A DNA stretch of 58,979 nucleotides, filler included, from Sphacelaria rigidula (Eukaryota), in the NCBI GenBank assembly GCA_964200075.2. It is 9 parts of 9 records of this genome, joined end to end, with 100 filler letters (N's around TTAATTAATTAA, not from the genome) between each part and the next. Parts side by side here need not be neighbours in the genome. Positions count along the whole stretch, not along the records: positions 19,696 to 26,159 come from CAXNAA020019914.1; positions 26,260 to 32,723 come from CAXNAA020019915.1; positions 32,824 to 39,287 come from CAXNAA020019916.1; 6 more parts are not named here. The stretch is one strand, 5' to 3'. The position numbers and the translations under genes are program-made. Shown piece after piece: positions 22,731 to 36,132 of this stretch (the stretch's first letter is position 1; each line of letters starts with the position of its first letter). The notes under the pieces are model-generated. The model had not been told where the DNA came from. It did not search any database and saw only the letters and a program-made list of their open reading frames with translations.

Positions 22731-23986
22731 AGCGAATGATCAAAGCCACTCTCAATCCGCACTCTACGCTCAATCTCACGAAAACGTTGTTGATACCAAA
22801 ATATCAGCCGTGCACCTGTACCGCGGGAAATATTGGCTAATTCCTCAAGACCGCGGATTCGTCTGCAAGAACGGGAGGGGTTCCAAGTGAGAACGGAGGG
22901 GTTCCAAGTGAGAACCCCCCCCCCCCACCCCCCACGCTCCGTCCCGAAAGGGATGCGTGGTCAATGGCCAAACGACTACGGCAAGCAACAAATGAGTACG
23001 CCCCCCTCCACTCTCCAAGAAAAGTAGCATAATATTTTTGGCGGAAGGGCACGGCACGGCCAGGGGGTGTGTAGCACATGCCGATATATACATTGATGAT
23101 CGTTATTTGCATTAAATTGTATTCGAAGCCATTTATTTGAAGTCAGCAACAATGTAACGCTGGTGTCGCCAATGTGGAAGTCGTGAGACTCCCGGTGACG
23201 GTATGGACCGTCGATGATTGCCGAATGATTTCTCTCGTGTTATGTAGTCAAGGATTTACCGTACGTCGTGGGGTTGAGGCAAGTGGATCACTCGGGAAAG
23301 CTCGACGAGCGCGAGCGAGTTAGCCCGGAGACAAAGTCGAAGGTCTAGTGATCCTCAGGGATAGCCAGCAGTTCGCTGGGAAGATCCCTGATACCTTGGG
23401 GTCCCAGATCCGGCTGTAAAGATATGGGAGTTTCCGGGCTTCTGCGAAAACTACCCCTCTTAACAGCCGTTCACTAGGTGACACGTCATAGAAGGATATT
23501 TCTCCGCACATGCCCGAATGGCGATCTCCACAAATGGCCACATGGACACGCGAAAAAAAAAGTGTCGGGTATCTCGTCCATAACTCGACATTCCCTTTTC
23601 CGTTATGAGATGGAACAAAACAAAAATAAAAAGTACAGACGTAAACTTTCACTAAAAAACAAAAAACAATAACGGAGCACGCACTAGGTGGACGAAGTAT
23701 GACAGTACAAGAACATAATATCCGCGAGACAATATCGAAAGATATAATTTTTTCAAATGACCCGTCTCCCGTCCGTCTAGTACCTCGCAAATGATTCTTG
23801 TACACCCGTACGTACCGTTCATTCTCCTCCCCACAAATTAGCACCGGCATGCCCTTGCCACACACGTGTGACCCGGAGGAACGCGGGCACCAATCTCCTA
23901 CAACACATCTGAAAAACAACAAAAAAGGTGCCATAAGGTGGAGTATATATACCCTTCCTTTCTCGTGCAAAAACAAAACTCCTCAA

Positions 23987-24248
23987 GAGTCATCCTACGA
24001 TAGAGGGGGGGGGTATTTGGTTGCCCGAAAAACGAGGCTCATAAGTGTGTCAGACATCCTTCTACACTTGCGCTCCGCTTGTATTTGGTTCTAAACGGTG
24101 TCAGGCGGTATGGATGAGCGTTATTGATCCACAACAAGCTTGNNNNNNNNTGTTCGAACAACCGTTTCTGCTTTCAACGACGATGTAACTCGAAATTTCG
24201 AGCAAAAAATGGCCAAAAATACCCCCCCCCCCTATCGTAGGATGACTC
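23987..24248. mobile_element. MITE with GAG..CTC terminal inverted repeats (Sola-like)
   Basis: TIRs are GAGTCATCCTACGATAG-Gn-TATTT and AAATA-Cn-CTATCGTAGGATGACTC. The flanks tcaa/tcga resemble a 4-bp TSD. Partial copies at 19696-19766, ~45540-45770 and ~58902-58979. Confidence 0.8.
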
Positions 24249-26093
24249 TCGACAGTTAGGCGTATGCAGTCCCGTGCGCCCGAACACGACATGGCTTACC
24301 AGAACAATTTTCTTGGTGGTGTAAAAAAAAAGAAGAGAAAAATGGGCGGTGTAAAATGCACCTGCACCACAGAAACTAATCCAGAGCGACAACATGGCAC
24401 AACAAGTAGACGCATGCCGGAAAACACCCGCAAAAACGTTGGGGAAATGGAGAAAAAACGCCCGTAGATCTATCCACTGTACTTGCACAGCTGTTGTTGT
24501 CTTCTTCAAGAGGTTACCGCTACAGTTAAATTCGCGTGTAGTCAGTCAGTAGCTTTTCATATAACGGTATTTGATCATGTTTAGCCACGACTACATGCAG
24601 CGAGAGGACGCTGTTATCGCTCACCCGCTTGTGGGTAAACATATCTTTATCCCAGAGTGTAGTTCGGGAGCGATGGACTGCGTCCCGGTGACTGTACTGT
24701 GTGATTTGTCAAGCAAAACAAACGAGAAAAGGAAAAATCACTCACAAACATGGCAGTGTATATGTCAAACGCACACCCTAAAAACCGTACAAACAGTACA
24801 GTATACATACACACGAGACTACAAGACCATTTGAATCGAAAGAGTGTTCGGAGACACAAACAATGAAACGAAGCGAGAAAAAAAAAAGGGGAAAAAAGAG
24901 AAAAAAATAAGGAAAAGAGGGGGAAAAGAGGCGAACAAACGAAAAGCGTCGTCCATCATAGACAACAAACCTGACGATGCGGATGCGCCGTTTCATCGTA
25001 GTACATACTTGGGATAATATCCCGCCCTAGAATATGCTTCGCAACAATAAACGGCGTTATTTTTTCCATTGGCAACACAAAGAACTCGAGCCTTAGCCTC
25101 AACTGCGTATTACAGACGGACGCCGCGCGTCCAGGGATGGCTCAGGGGAAGGGGAGAGAGAGCGAGAGAGATCAGTAACACCGCTACTCCAGCGATACCC
25201 AAACCATGCATGCACAATGTTCGACATCCCAAAAAATGCTCAAAACACCTGCCGTTCACTCCCGCAAGGCATCTTTTATGTCCAAAACTTCATATGCTAC
25301 AAAGGAACATGAAAAAAGTTAGTCGTCGATCAAGGGACGATCGGTCAATCAGTTTCTCCCCGAGTATTTCGTTTTGGCCAGTGAGAGAAACTGCTTGCCC
25401 CATTGATCTTCTGTCTGTACTTAAATAAAGTCTGGTTCGTGCTGGAACGACAACCCCACCACACAACATACACCCACACAGATAGACTGAAAGAAATATG
25501 GCTTGCCCCGCACTGATCCAACAAATCATTTCGGAAGAAGCAAGCGACGGAAGGAATTCCAGTACAGTAGTACCGTGACACGATCCGTTTCGGCCGTCGA
25601 CGTAAAGATCACACACAGACCCCCCCCACCCCACCCCGCCCCTCCGCCATCCATCAACGCTCAATACTTTTCGGAATGGAACAAACTGCACACAAAAAAC
25701 GATCGAGTTAAATAAAATGAAGCTACAGTGCGAGACGAAAATCCGGATATATACATATATCGCACAGCGTCAAGACAACAACACGACTAACGATAGCATC
25801 AGAAAACAATTAAAAAACAGAAAGGCGCAACATGTCGAAACCGTTTCTCTCACCATATGTCTGTCTGCCACGCCCAACTCACACATTATTTTACCTCTCA
25901 ACCCAACACTCACCAACACACACCCGACATACCACTACCCGTAACCCGATTTTTTTTTTAGGTCGAGTTTCTTGTTCCCGTACATCCAGACGCGCTCGTG
26001 AAAAGGGACAGCTAGCTGTACATCCCATACTTACACACAACATCTCCACTAGACAGGACAGACCGCCAGCAACAACCTAAAGCTAGCGCTACC

Positions 26094-26146
<53 letters not shown>

Positions 26147-26159
26147 ACCCCCCCCCCCC

Positions 26160-26259
26160 NNNNNNNNNNNNNNNNNNNNNNNNNNNNNNNNNNNNNNNNN
26201 NNNTTAATTAATTAANNNNNNNNNNNNNNNNNNNNNNNNNNNNNNNNNNNNNNNNNNNN
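26160..26259. other. Artificial contig-joining spacer
   Basis: N44-TTAATTAATTAA-N44. Confidence 0.98.
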
Positions 26260-26320
26260 CCCAAAACCATGCACTTTTGGGGGGGGGGCTATCGTAGAAA
26301 GTGTTTGGGTTCAAAACGCC

Positions 26321-29300
26321 GTGGGCATGATTGAACAGTCGACGATGTCTGATGAGGAGGTTGTCGTGGCTTTTTCAGGGAAAGCTGAGTTGGCTGTGAC
26401 GCAAGAGTTGACGTGGGTTCCCGTCACACTGCGTACGCCGGGGGGGGTGGCTGCCCCGGGAGGTAATTATTATGTGTATTTCGAGGCGGGTTGGTCCCCG
26501 TCAGAAATAGTTGTGGATGCGGGGGATTCAAATATTCCTTTGCGTTTTACAGAAGATGTGGAGTGTGCGTTGGTCCTACCGGGGATGAAATTGGGGTCAG
26601 CAGGGCTACCGTCGGTACCTTGCTCGCTCAATGATGCGAAAATTTCCAGATTGCCGGGCTCGTCTTCGACCGCCGTTTTTGCAGTCGAGCCGGTACAAAC
26701 AGAGCCGCGCCGGAGGCCATGTTTGGTGACCTACGTGCGGAGTCGTTTGTGGGGACGTATCTCTCACCACATACAGAGCATCACTTTCGGTTTACAGGAC
26801 AAGTACTAGCGGGTGGAGGATATTGATGAGTTGGCGAATGTGCTGTGCAAATTTTCTCACAGATTTTCGGTGAACAAAATGGATTTGGGGTGCTGCACGG
26901 TGGATCCGTTCAAAATCGAGTTGCAGCCGGGGGCTAACCCCATCAAACAACGGCCGTACCGTCACAACCCAGCCACGCATCAGAAGGTGCAGGGGGAAAT
27001 TGGCCGGTTGTTAGCGGCGGGGCTCCTGCGACGTTCTTATTCCAGTTGGAGCTCTTTGTTGGTGGTGGTGAACGAGGAGGATAGAGATATTCGGTCGACT
27101 TGCAATTATCGGAAACTTAATGACACCACTGTAATCCCCGTCTTGCCCATTCCTAATATCGACAAACTGTTGGATGAGCTCGGGGATGTCAAGGTTTTCA
27201 CTCGCCTTGATATTCTGTCGGGCTATTTTAACATCTCCACCCTGATAACATTCCCCTGACCGCTGTGTGCACTCAATAGGGGTTGTACGAATAGTTGGTG
27301 ATGCCCATGGGACGCAGTGGGAGTCCGGGATGTATTCAATCCATCATGGCTCGGGTATGTGAGGGTCTGATGCGGTGCCTTTTGTACATCGATGATATTT
27401 GCACGTTCAGTGCAAATAGGGGTTGAACATGTGGATGATTTGTCGGCCTTTTTGGGACGTCTCACCAAATTCAACATTACACTGGCGCCGAAGAAGGCTC
27501 ACGTGGGGGTGTGTGAGGTCACTTTCCTTGGTCATCGCATCTCGGCTGACGGAATTTCGCCTGACTCTACGAAGGTAGACGCTCTGCGCCTCATGCCGAT
27601 GCCTACCCCCGTCACTGAGTTGCGTTCGCTTATGGGGGGGGTTGAGTTACTACAGTAAATTCATCCCGAAATGGCGGTCCGCACCAAATCCATCAACAGG
27701 CTGTTAAAAAAGGGGGTGGAGCTTCATCGCACGCCGGAACATGAGGAAACGGTGCGCGAAATTCTGGGAAAGTCAATCCGGTCCGGAAATTTTATCATTT
27801 CCGGATTACGGTGGAGCGGTGTCGGGTGGGCGTCCGTTCATGTTGGTGACAGACGCGAGCAAATATTGTTTGGGGGCGGTGGTGGAGCAAGGCCATTCGG
27901 AAGGTGACGTGCGGCCGTTGTGTTTTTGTAGCCGCAATACTTTGCCTAACGAGCGTAACTGGATTGTCACCGAGTTGGAAGCGGGTGCGATTGTTTGGGC
28001 GGTCAAGAAAAACCGGCCGCTGTTCTATGGTACCCCTTTCCAAATATACAGCGACCACCAACCCTTGCGCAGTTTGTTCAGTTTTACGGAGAAAGGGCCT
28101 AGGGTCCAGCTTTGGCAAGATTTTCTCAGTGAATAGTCCTACGAGATCATTTACAAGCCTGGGGTGGCTAATTCCAACGCCGACATGCTATCGCGTCTTC
28201 CTCTTGCTCACAGCAACGAAGATGTAAGTAGTCGTTTTCGCATCTCTGACCCGGCTGATTTAGATGTTTACTTAATAGGTGCTAGTGAGGTGACGCCGCA
28301 GGATTTTGGACCCTCCCATGTTGCCAGCTTGGATGGGCTTCCCTCCATGTTGGATGGGCTTCCCTCTATGTTGTCCAGTCCCCGTGTTTCAAGCTTGGAT
28401 GGGCTTGCTCCCCCGGGGTATTTTTCAGGGGGGGGAGAAGGCACAGTCGGGTGCGCCACAAACTTCGTCAGAGATAGCGAAGGTCACATGGGATCGGATT
28501 CAGGAGCAACTGAAGTCAACGAGTTCTACGTTGGGTTGGAAGGGACCGGAAGTGGTAAATGATGACTCGCGGCTTCTCTGCCCGGGTGTTACCGATGTGG
28601 TGTGTGGGTAGTGGGAAGCGGGTTTGTGCTTACATGCTTGCCTCCTTACTGAAGTAGGTAAATATTTGTTATACGAGACGGCGGGCTCGGAAATGTTGGT
28701 AATCACGGATGAGGAGGCGGGTTCGATCGAAGAGGACGAGCCAGGTACGTCTGCGCGCACTCTAGAGGCGGCGGAAGCGTGTAATTTTGGGGAGCGTTTG
28801 TGTGCCAAGTCAGCAAGTGACTGGGTGCATATCCAACAGACTGATTTGACCGCGCATATGACTGCCATGTTTCTCTCACAAGGGACAACGGGACTCACGA
28901 AGGAAGAAGAAAAATATGTGGATGGTGGGATTGATGTGAAAGAACTGAGGGCGCTATTGAGACAAGGTTGACTGTTTGAGCTAGCGAACGGTAGCAAGTT
29001 GTTAGTGAAAAAGTTGACTCCTGCGCCTTTGGATTCGAAGAACCGTAACCCGGGGGTATTTGAGCGTTGTCTCGGTGACGAACCGGTGCGTACGTATGTT
29101 CCGTTGATACAGAGGCCCTTGTTGATGGACCAGACGCACAAAGCGGCAGTGCGCCTTGGGGGGAAAGTGGCCCTCGCTCTGCTGCGAAGGTATTATTGAT
29201 GGGTCGGTATGAAAGAAAGCGTGAAATTTTGGATTCGACGTTACTCGTGCCAGGCCAAGAAATCCGATCGCTATACTACGGTGCGTTGGCCTTTGGTTTC

Positions 29301-30943
29301 TCTGTCACTACCGAGCCGCCGGCCGGGGCAAGTAGTAGCGTTCGATTTTCTGGGCTCTCTGCCGAGAACAAAGAGAGGCAATAGACACATTGTTCTCATG
29401 GTGGGTTTGTTCAGTAGGCACGTGGAAGCGTACGCGATCACTGCTGACGAGCACTCGGCTACGGGGTGCGCTGCAATCATAGTGGGGGATTATGTGCCAC
29501 GATAGGGTTGCCCGCACACCTTCTTGTCAGATCGGGGGGCGGAGTTAACTTCCGCTGTGTGTAGATCGATATATGAAATGATGGGTGGGGTGAAACGGTT
29601 CACGAGTTCTAATCACCCTCAGACGAATGGGATAGTAGAGCGGCTGAATCACACGTTATGTCAAATGCTGTCTTATTTGGTGGTGGACGACCAAAGCAAC
29701 CGGGATGATTCTCTGATGCATGCGATCTCCGCACATAACAACAATATTGGTAGGGGTACCGGGTTATCGCCACACGAAGTTCACATTGGGCGCTACCCGC
29801 ACATGCCTATGACCATATTACAGGGCCGGGGGGTGCGGGGGCACCAGGGGTTGAAGGCTGATCAGTTGGATTACCTCCAGCTGATGCGTGAACGACAGGT
29901 AAGGGCACACGAATTGATGAGGCAAGAGGACTTTCTTATAAAAGCGAAGCATGAAGCCAAAAACCAGGGTATCGGGGAAATGGTAAGCCGCCGGCCAACA
30001 TGGCAAGCGGGCCAATGGGTATTTGTGTACGATGACAAAAGCACCATCGCCGCGGGAGGTAAGGCGGTGCAGGTGGCGTCGAGTACAGCGCGGGCATTTT
30101 TGGCTCTGTCAGCGAAGCTGGCTCAATGCTGGACGGGGACGTTCAAAATTTTATCGGTAGGACCGGGGGTAACCTCGGAGGGTGAACAGGTGGGAAGAAA
30201 TTTGCTGTTGCTGGAGCTTCGTCGGAGGAAGCCTGGGGTCAACATGAATCCCAGGGTGTCGATGGCAAGGTGTAAGCGGTGTTATCATCCTCATGAGGGA
30301 CCGGACAAGCCGAGATTTGTGCCTTGGGGGCTTAGTCAGTACGTGCTGAACCAAAATTCCGAACTGTTGCCTTCTCTGCATCTAACAGCGGAGGATATGA
30401 CGAGGGAGTTGGACACGCACCGAATACTCCCCGAAAAATTGGTGAAGCACAGGTTGTCTCGGGGTATGGGTGGTAAGCTGGTGGTGCAATACCTCACGGG
30501 TTGGGGCGGGTTGGATGTTCCTAGGTGGGAGCATGAAGCCGAGCTTGAGTAATGCGGCCGGCAGGTAATTCATAAATATTGGTTGGGGGAACCAATCAAT
30601 ACAGGTGAAAGGTGACAACGTGCAGTACCGTAAATACCGCATCCATTTGTCGAGGCGCATTACGGCGCATGAGCGTGGTGGGTATTATGTGGCGTCAGGG
30701 TATAAGGTGTCGGGGCGCCGAAAAGATGGGCCGGACGTGTATAACCTTGACATTGTCGGTTCATATATGTATTTTGAAACGGCCTGCGCAGGTTGGCAGT
30801 TGTCCGAGGTGGTGGGACTGGAGGGGAACCCCAGTCAACAGAGGCGGCCACACACTCTCTGCATGATGGACTTGGGGCGCAAATACGCTGTACATCTACA
30901 GTGTGCCGCCCTCGATGAGAGCCGCGGTCAACCGGGGGACTGA
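26321..30943 (+). mobile_element. Decayed Ty3/gypsy LTR retrotransposon pol (RT, RNase H, integrase, chromodomain), with many stops and frameshifts
   Basis: PIKQRPYR..SSWSS..CNYRKLN..LD (RT), YIDDI, LVTDASKYCLGAV..ELEAGAIVWAVK..SDHQPL (RNase H), FDFLG..SDRGAE..HPQTNGIVERLN (integrase), and LVKHRL..VQYLTGWGG..RWEHEAEL (chromodomain). The domain order RT-RH-IN is gypsy. Confidence 0.95.
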
Positions 30944-31216
30944 TGCTGGCACCTTCACATGCTGCGGAAAACCACCAAATATTTCGCGCATGGCTGGTGA
31001 ATGGGGAGAGAGTTTTTGTTTGGTGTTGGAACTGGTGTGGGCACATTCTCATGCGGCGGAACCGTCAAATTCTCCGCGCATGTGTGTGATAGGGCAGGAC
31101 GAATTGAGGTGATAGGGGGGGGGGGGGGGGGCAACCCTTTTTTTGTTTTCCTTGTTTTTTTGACCTATTACCCCCCCCCCTTTTCGAGCCGGGGACGGGG
31201 GCCCCCCGGNNNNNNN

Positions 31217-31264
<48 letters not shown>

Positions 31265-32723
31265 CGTACTCATTTGTTGCTTGCCTTAGTCGTTTGACCA
31301 TTGACCACGCATCCCTTTCGAGACGGAGCATGGGGCCATCCGGAGCGCGGCGACGAGAGCTGGGCGGAGCGCTGCGAAGCTGCATGCAAGAAGGAGCAGG
31401 AGGACGACGTGGATGATTGATGTAATGGCTGGAGCTCGGAGAAAAATCTGACTCATGTCAATTTGTTGTTTTCGCGCGGACTTCCTATTGGCGGATTGAG
31501 ATCTGGAGCCGGAGTTACCGCCTCGTCCGATTTCCCCACTCCTTGCGAGCGGATGTATCCGGAAGTGGTGACTCGTGAAACTAGTAGCGAAATGAGATGT
31601 TTCTTCTGTTTTCGGAATGTCTTCCTTTGTCTTTGTCTTGGTTTTGTGTTGTCTCCACACGTGGACAGATAGCACCCTGTGGGGCGCACTGTGCAGCGTC
31701 TGTACAGGGTCCTCCACAGTCTTTGTGGAAAACCCTGGCAGTGAAAACGCAAATCTGTACCTGTCGTGGCGTTTTTGTCAAAACCCTGCAGGCAACCCTG
31801 TGGAGAGGCCCTCCCAATTTTGAAAATTTCATTCTTTTTTTATTTCCAAATTATTTTGGTACAAAATCTGTCAATTTATTCATCTAAAATAGCTTGTCCT
31901 GCTGTTCGAGAAAAACATATTTTTGCCCGATTCAAATCAAGCGAAAAATAATTTTTCTCGGACAGCAGGACAAGCCACTCAAGACAGATCCTTTTCTCGC
32001 CCAATTTATTTGGGCAAAACAAGGATCTACTTCGAACAGCAGAATAAACTATTCAAAATAGATCCTTTTTTCGCCCATTTACATTGGGCAAAAAAAGGAT
32101 CTATTTCGAACAGTTTTTTCCGCTGGGCAAATCCCATGCACGCTGGCAGATTTGGAATTTTCATGATCTGCATCCACAAAATTGAAACGGTTCTGAAAAC
32201 ACGAGGGAAGGTGGCCGCTTCGGGTCCAGTTAAATATCCGAAGAAGCCATGGAACAGCAAAACGAAGCTTTCCCGGGATCAGCATCAGGCAGGGCTTGAA
32301 CAACGGAACAGATATCGACAAGATACCGTTCGTATTAGAAAACAATACGCGTGGAACACTTTGCAGCTTGGAAAACACAGATTTTGATGGAAAGAAACTT
32401 CCCCGGGCCCCCATGTGTGTTGTATCCTCCTGTAAAAGTCTTCCCTCGTTCATCGATGCCTGGCTGGGGGACAGGGAAGTCGTCCTCCCTCTGATTTTGA
32501 AAACCGTTTTCATTTTGCGGATGAACTCCACGAATATCGAACTCTATAGCTTTCACAGATGTTGCGACTTCGGTGCATGTCGTTACCGTGACGACCTCTG
32601 AGCAGCCAGGAGGACGCGCGGCAGAGGAAAGAAAGGTAGCTATGATCCGCTTTGCCTGCCGTACTGCCGACAGCGTCGCGTGAAAGCCACAAGACCCTTG
32701 CTGTCGGCAGTTAATAGCATGGG

Positions 32724-32823
32724 NNNNNNNNNNNNNNNNNNNNNNNNNNNNNNNNNNNNNNNNNNNNTTAATTAATTAANNNNNNNNNNNNNNNNNNNNN
32801 NNNNNNNNNNNNNNNNNNNNNNN
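32724..32823. other. Artificial contig-joining spacer
   Basis: N44-TTAATTAATTAA-N44. Confidence 0.98.
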
Positions 32824-33935
32824 GGGCGAATCTGAGCTGATGAGCTACGGGTTGGTAGCTCACCTGTCGTAAACGTGCGTAGCTCATACAGCTCCCGTAG
32901 CTCACCCAGGACGAATCTGAGCTGATGAGCTACGGGTTGGTAGCTCATCCAGGGCAAACATGTGCAGCTCATGTAGCTCTCATAGCTCACCCAGGGAAAA
33001 CATATGCGGATGAGCTGCGCTCGATAGATCACTGAAGGCAAACACGTGTAGCTTACGCAGCTCTTGTAGCTTACCCGGGGAAAACATGAGCAGATGAGCT
33101 ACGCCCGGTAGCTCACCCCAGGGACACCTGGTCGTGGCTCACTCACGTCAAATGTCTAGCTCGCCGCTGGCCAACCCCGTGTCGCTTATGATGTAACATT
33201 CTTGTTCGAACGGATGGCGCCACGTATAATTAGGTTGTGATGTTTTGCCTCACTCTTCGCGATAGAAAGAAAAGAAGCCAACACATATCCTCGTTCGCTT
33301 GGTCGGATGGTTAAAAAAAAAAATCAGTGTCTACAACGATCGACCGATTCATTTCTTTTGACAGGTTGGCCGCAAGGGTGCGAGTCCATCTGGTCATGCA
33401 TACGTTTTTCAAGGGAAATTGGAGCCGATTCAACATATGGCTTATGCTCGCCGTCAAGGGGTTAGCCCTTTGGCCGCGAGGGTTAGCGATCTGATAAATC
33501 AGCATATTCACTTTATTTTTAGGGTGTGAATGATGCCGTTTCAGAGACTTCCTGCCCTCTCGGTCAAAGGGATAAGCAATCGTAGCTCTCATAGCTGTCA
33601 TAGGTCATCCAGGCTCGCAGCTCACCTAGCTCTCATAGCTCATCCAGGGTGAACATGTGTAGCTCATGCATCTCTCATAGCTCACCCAGGGCAAACATGT
33701 ATAACTCATGCATCTTTCATAGCTCATCCGGGGCAAACATGCGTAGCTCATGCAGCTTTCATAGCTCACCCAGGGCGAACATGAGCTGATGAGCTACGGG
33801 TTGGTAGCTCATTCAGGGCAAACATGCGTAGCTCATGTAGCTCTCATAGCTCACCCCAGGAAAAACATGGGCAGCTCATGTAGATCTCATAGCTCACTAG
33901 GGAGCTACGCTCAAAACGAGCTAGCTCGAGCTATA
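32824..33935. repeat. AGCTC-rich ~40-bp minisatellite/subterminal repeat arrays (32824-33120 and 33580-33935)
   Basis: Repeated GCTCATGyAGCTCTCATAGCTCAyCCAGGGCAAACAT units, ending in GAGCTAGCTCGAGCTATAGGGAGG (probable transposon end). Confidence 0.85.
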
Positions 33936-35479
33936 GGGAGGTGATGTGTCCGACGTGTGAAATGTTCGTTAAATTATTAGAAAAACTCATCGTCCCGATT
34001 TTTTAAAAATTCTCTCATGCCCTTTCCATTCTCCGAACCAAATTTGAAAGCCCAGCTCTCAAAGTTGAGGTGAGGCGGTGCGATTTAGAAACCGGACCGG
34101 TCGAAGTTCGGAACAATGCTTTGCAGGTCACTTACCGGTCTAGGTGTGGTACTTGTGCTTCGAAATTTTGTGTGGGACCTCGCTAGGGCATCATGAACCA
34201 AAAATGGGAGTTATTTATTTTATTTCATTTCTCGATGAGGTGGAGACGTGTGGTTGGAGTAAATACCATTTTTTCACGCGAACGTCCTGAAGTCTCCAAA
34301 AAAAATGTAAAGGTCCACTTCTTAATTTTCAGCATGCTTTTGCGTCTCTGCATTCTAAGTTTCAAATCACAATTCTAAAATTGAGCTGGAACACCGAGAT
34401 AACTGCGAAGAACAGTGTCCGATTCCATTTAAACCCCCCTCAGAACATTTTATTTGTGAAAAGCCTCACGGACATTTTTTATCATCATGCCCAAGCGATT
34501 CTCCATGCCAAGTTTCGAAGCGCAACACTTGAAAACTGAGACGCAAAATCCAGATTCAGTGCTTTGGGTGCGCCTGCTCACGATATGTTGAGTTTAGTGT
34601 AGAGTGGTATGTGCGCGATATCCCTGGATGAAGAAAGGGTTAGGCGAAGGTGAGGGTATCGATCGCTTCTCCGTGCTCCAGGGAAAATCCACACCGAGAA
34701 TCATCATCCGCTGTATACATCGTTCGGGGTTTCATGTAGACCTTAGTATGGGCCTTATCTCCGTACGGTGTGGAACTTACTCGATACGGCGTTTAATCGC
34801 CGAGGAAAAATCGGCCCAGACTTTCGAGCAGATGGGCATATTCTCCTTGGTTAGACGATTAATACGATATGCGGATCACGGCCCAACTCGTCTACTCGTC
34901 TATGTTGATGAGATTATGCGTTAAGAGCTTAAATCCGCTTCTAGGCTGGACCAACTCGTAACCGGCGCAGGTTTTCACGTGGTGTGGTTTTCAGTGTTTT
35001 TTTTAGTTATCCTTGTCGGGACAGAACAAATAAAATACTGCACTGTTGTGCCCGTGAATGGGGTTCGATTTCGGGCACTATATATCTGGGAAATGGACAC
35101 CGACCAACTCAACAAACTGTACGATTACGCAGAAGGATTAAAGCCTGCAAGAGCCAATCAGAATCAGCACAGCCTGGGCCGCCGAAGAAGCTCACTTTCC
35201 TTCAGCCCGTTCTAACTGATGATGTATCGCGAGATGTGCCTACTGTGACACATCGTGGTGAACGGCAAATCCGCGCGCGTCTTGAAATCTATGTAGCACT
35301 GCGATCCGATAAGGTCTCATCAAACGAAATACCCAACTGTAGTCANNNNNNNNNNAGGGTACTATGTGCGGCGGAATTAGGCAAAAGAAAACGGCTGAGA
35401 TTGGATTTCCGGTCACAGTCAGTTTTGTGCCGCGTGGTGCCGCACAAGCTGTAGCACAATTCCCGAGCTCAATACTTGG

Positions 35480-36132
35480 TCGTTTTCGATGATTTTTTGA
35501 CATGATGTACAGGACGTATGTGTAAACACCCCTTCGTTCCTCCCGTGTGCGTGTGCGTGTTTTCTTTTTTCTCCGTGAGTTATTGGCGACGAAACATTTC
35601 AGAAAAGTCTTTTCGGAACAAAATTGACAATATCTCACGCAGTAGAACAAAAAACATAGGAGAAAAGGTTCGGTATTTGCACATACGTCCTGTACATCGT
35701 CTCAAAATTTCATCGAAAACAGCTGGAACTTGGACAGCATAAATGCGTTTGAATCATTCGTAAGTGATCCACCTCCATATACTAAGGTAACCGGTTGTCG
35801 ACGGAATGGCGCATACTCTTCGCTCAATTTTGGATCGTTTTCGATGAGATTTTGACACGATGTACAGGACGTATGTGCGAATACAAGACCTTCCATCCCC
35901 ATTTTTTTCTTTATTTCCTCCGTGAGTTATCGGCGACGGAACATTTCAAAACATTTTTTCGGAAAAAATTGTCAAGAACTCACAAGAAAAAAAATATAAA
36001 AGGGAATGGAAGGTTTTGTATTCGCACATACGTCCTGTATATCTCGTCTAAATTTAATCGAAAACGATCCAAAATCGAGCGAAGAATATGCGTTTTAACA
36101 TTCCTGGTGGCTTCTTGGGCGGCCCAGCTCGT
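35480..36132. mobile_element. Two tandem foldback units of a non-autonomous DNA transposon ending in GCCCAGCTCGTA
   Basis: GATGTACAGGACGTATGTG is paired with CACATACGTCCTGTA twice (~35480-35720 and ~35815-36090). The terminal motif TACGAGCTGGGC also occurs at ~5310 (rc), 12957, 17155 and 17738 (rc). Confidence 0.65.

Noticed and set aside
26095..26159. Long poly-C (and poly-G at 31217-31264) as LTR/PPT or G-quadruplex elements
   Set aside because: They are adjacent to Ns or contig ends and are likely homopolymer sequencing artefacts. No TG..CA LTR pair could be identified around the gypsy pol.
32824..33935. AGCTC repeat arrays as a CRISPR-like array
   Set aside because: The units are contiguous and degenerate, with no unique spacers and no cas genes, in a eukaryotic context.
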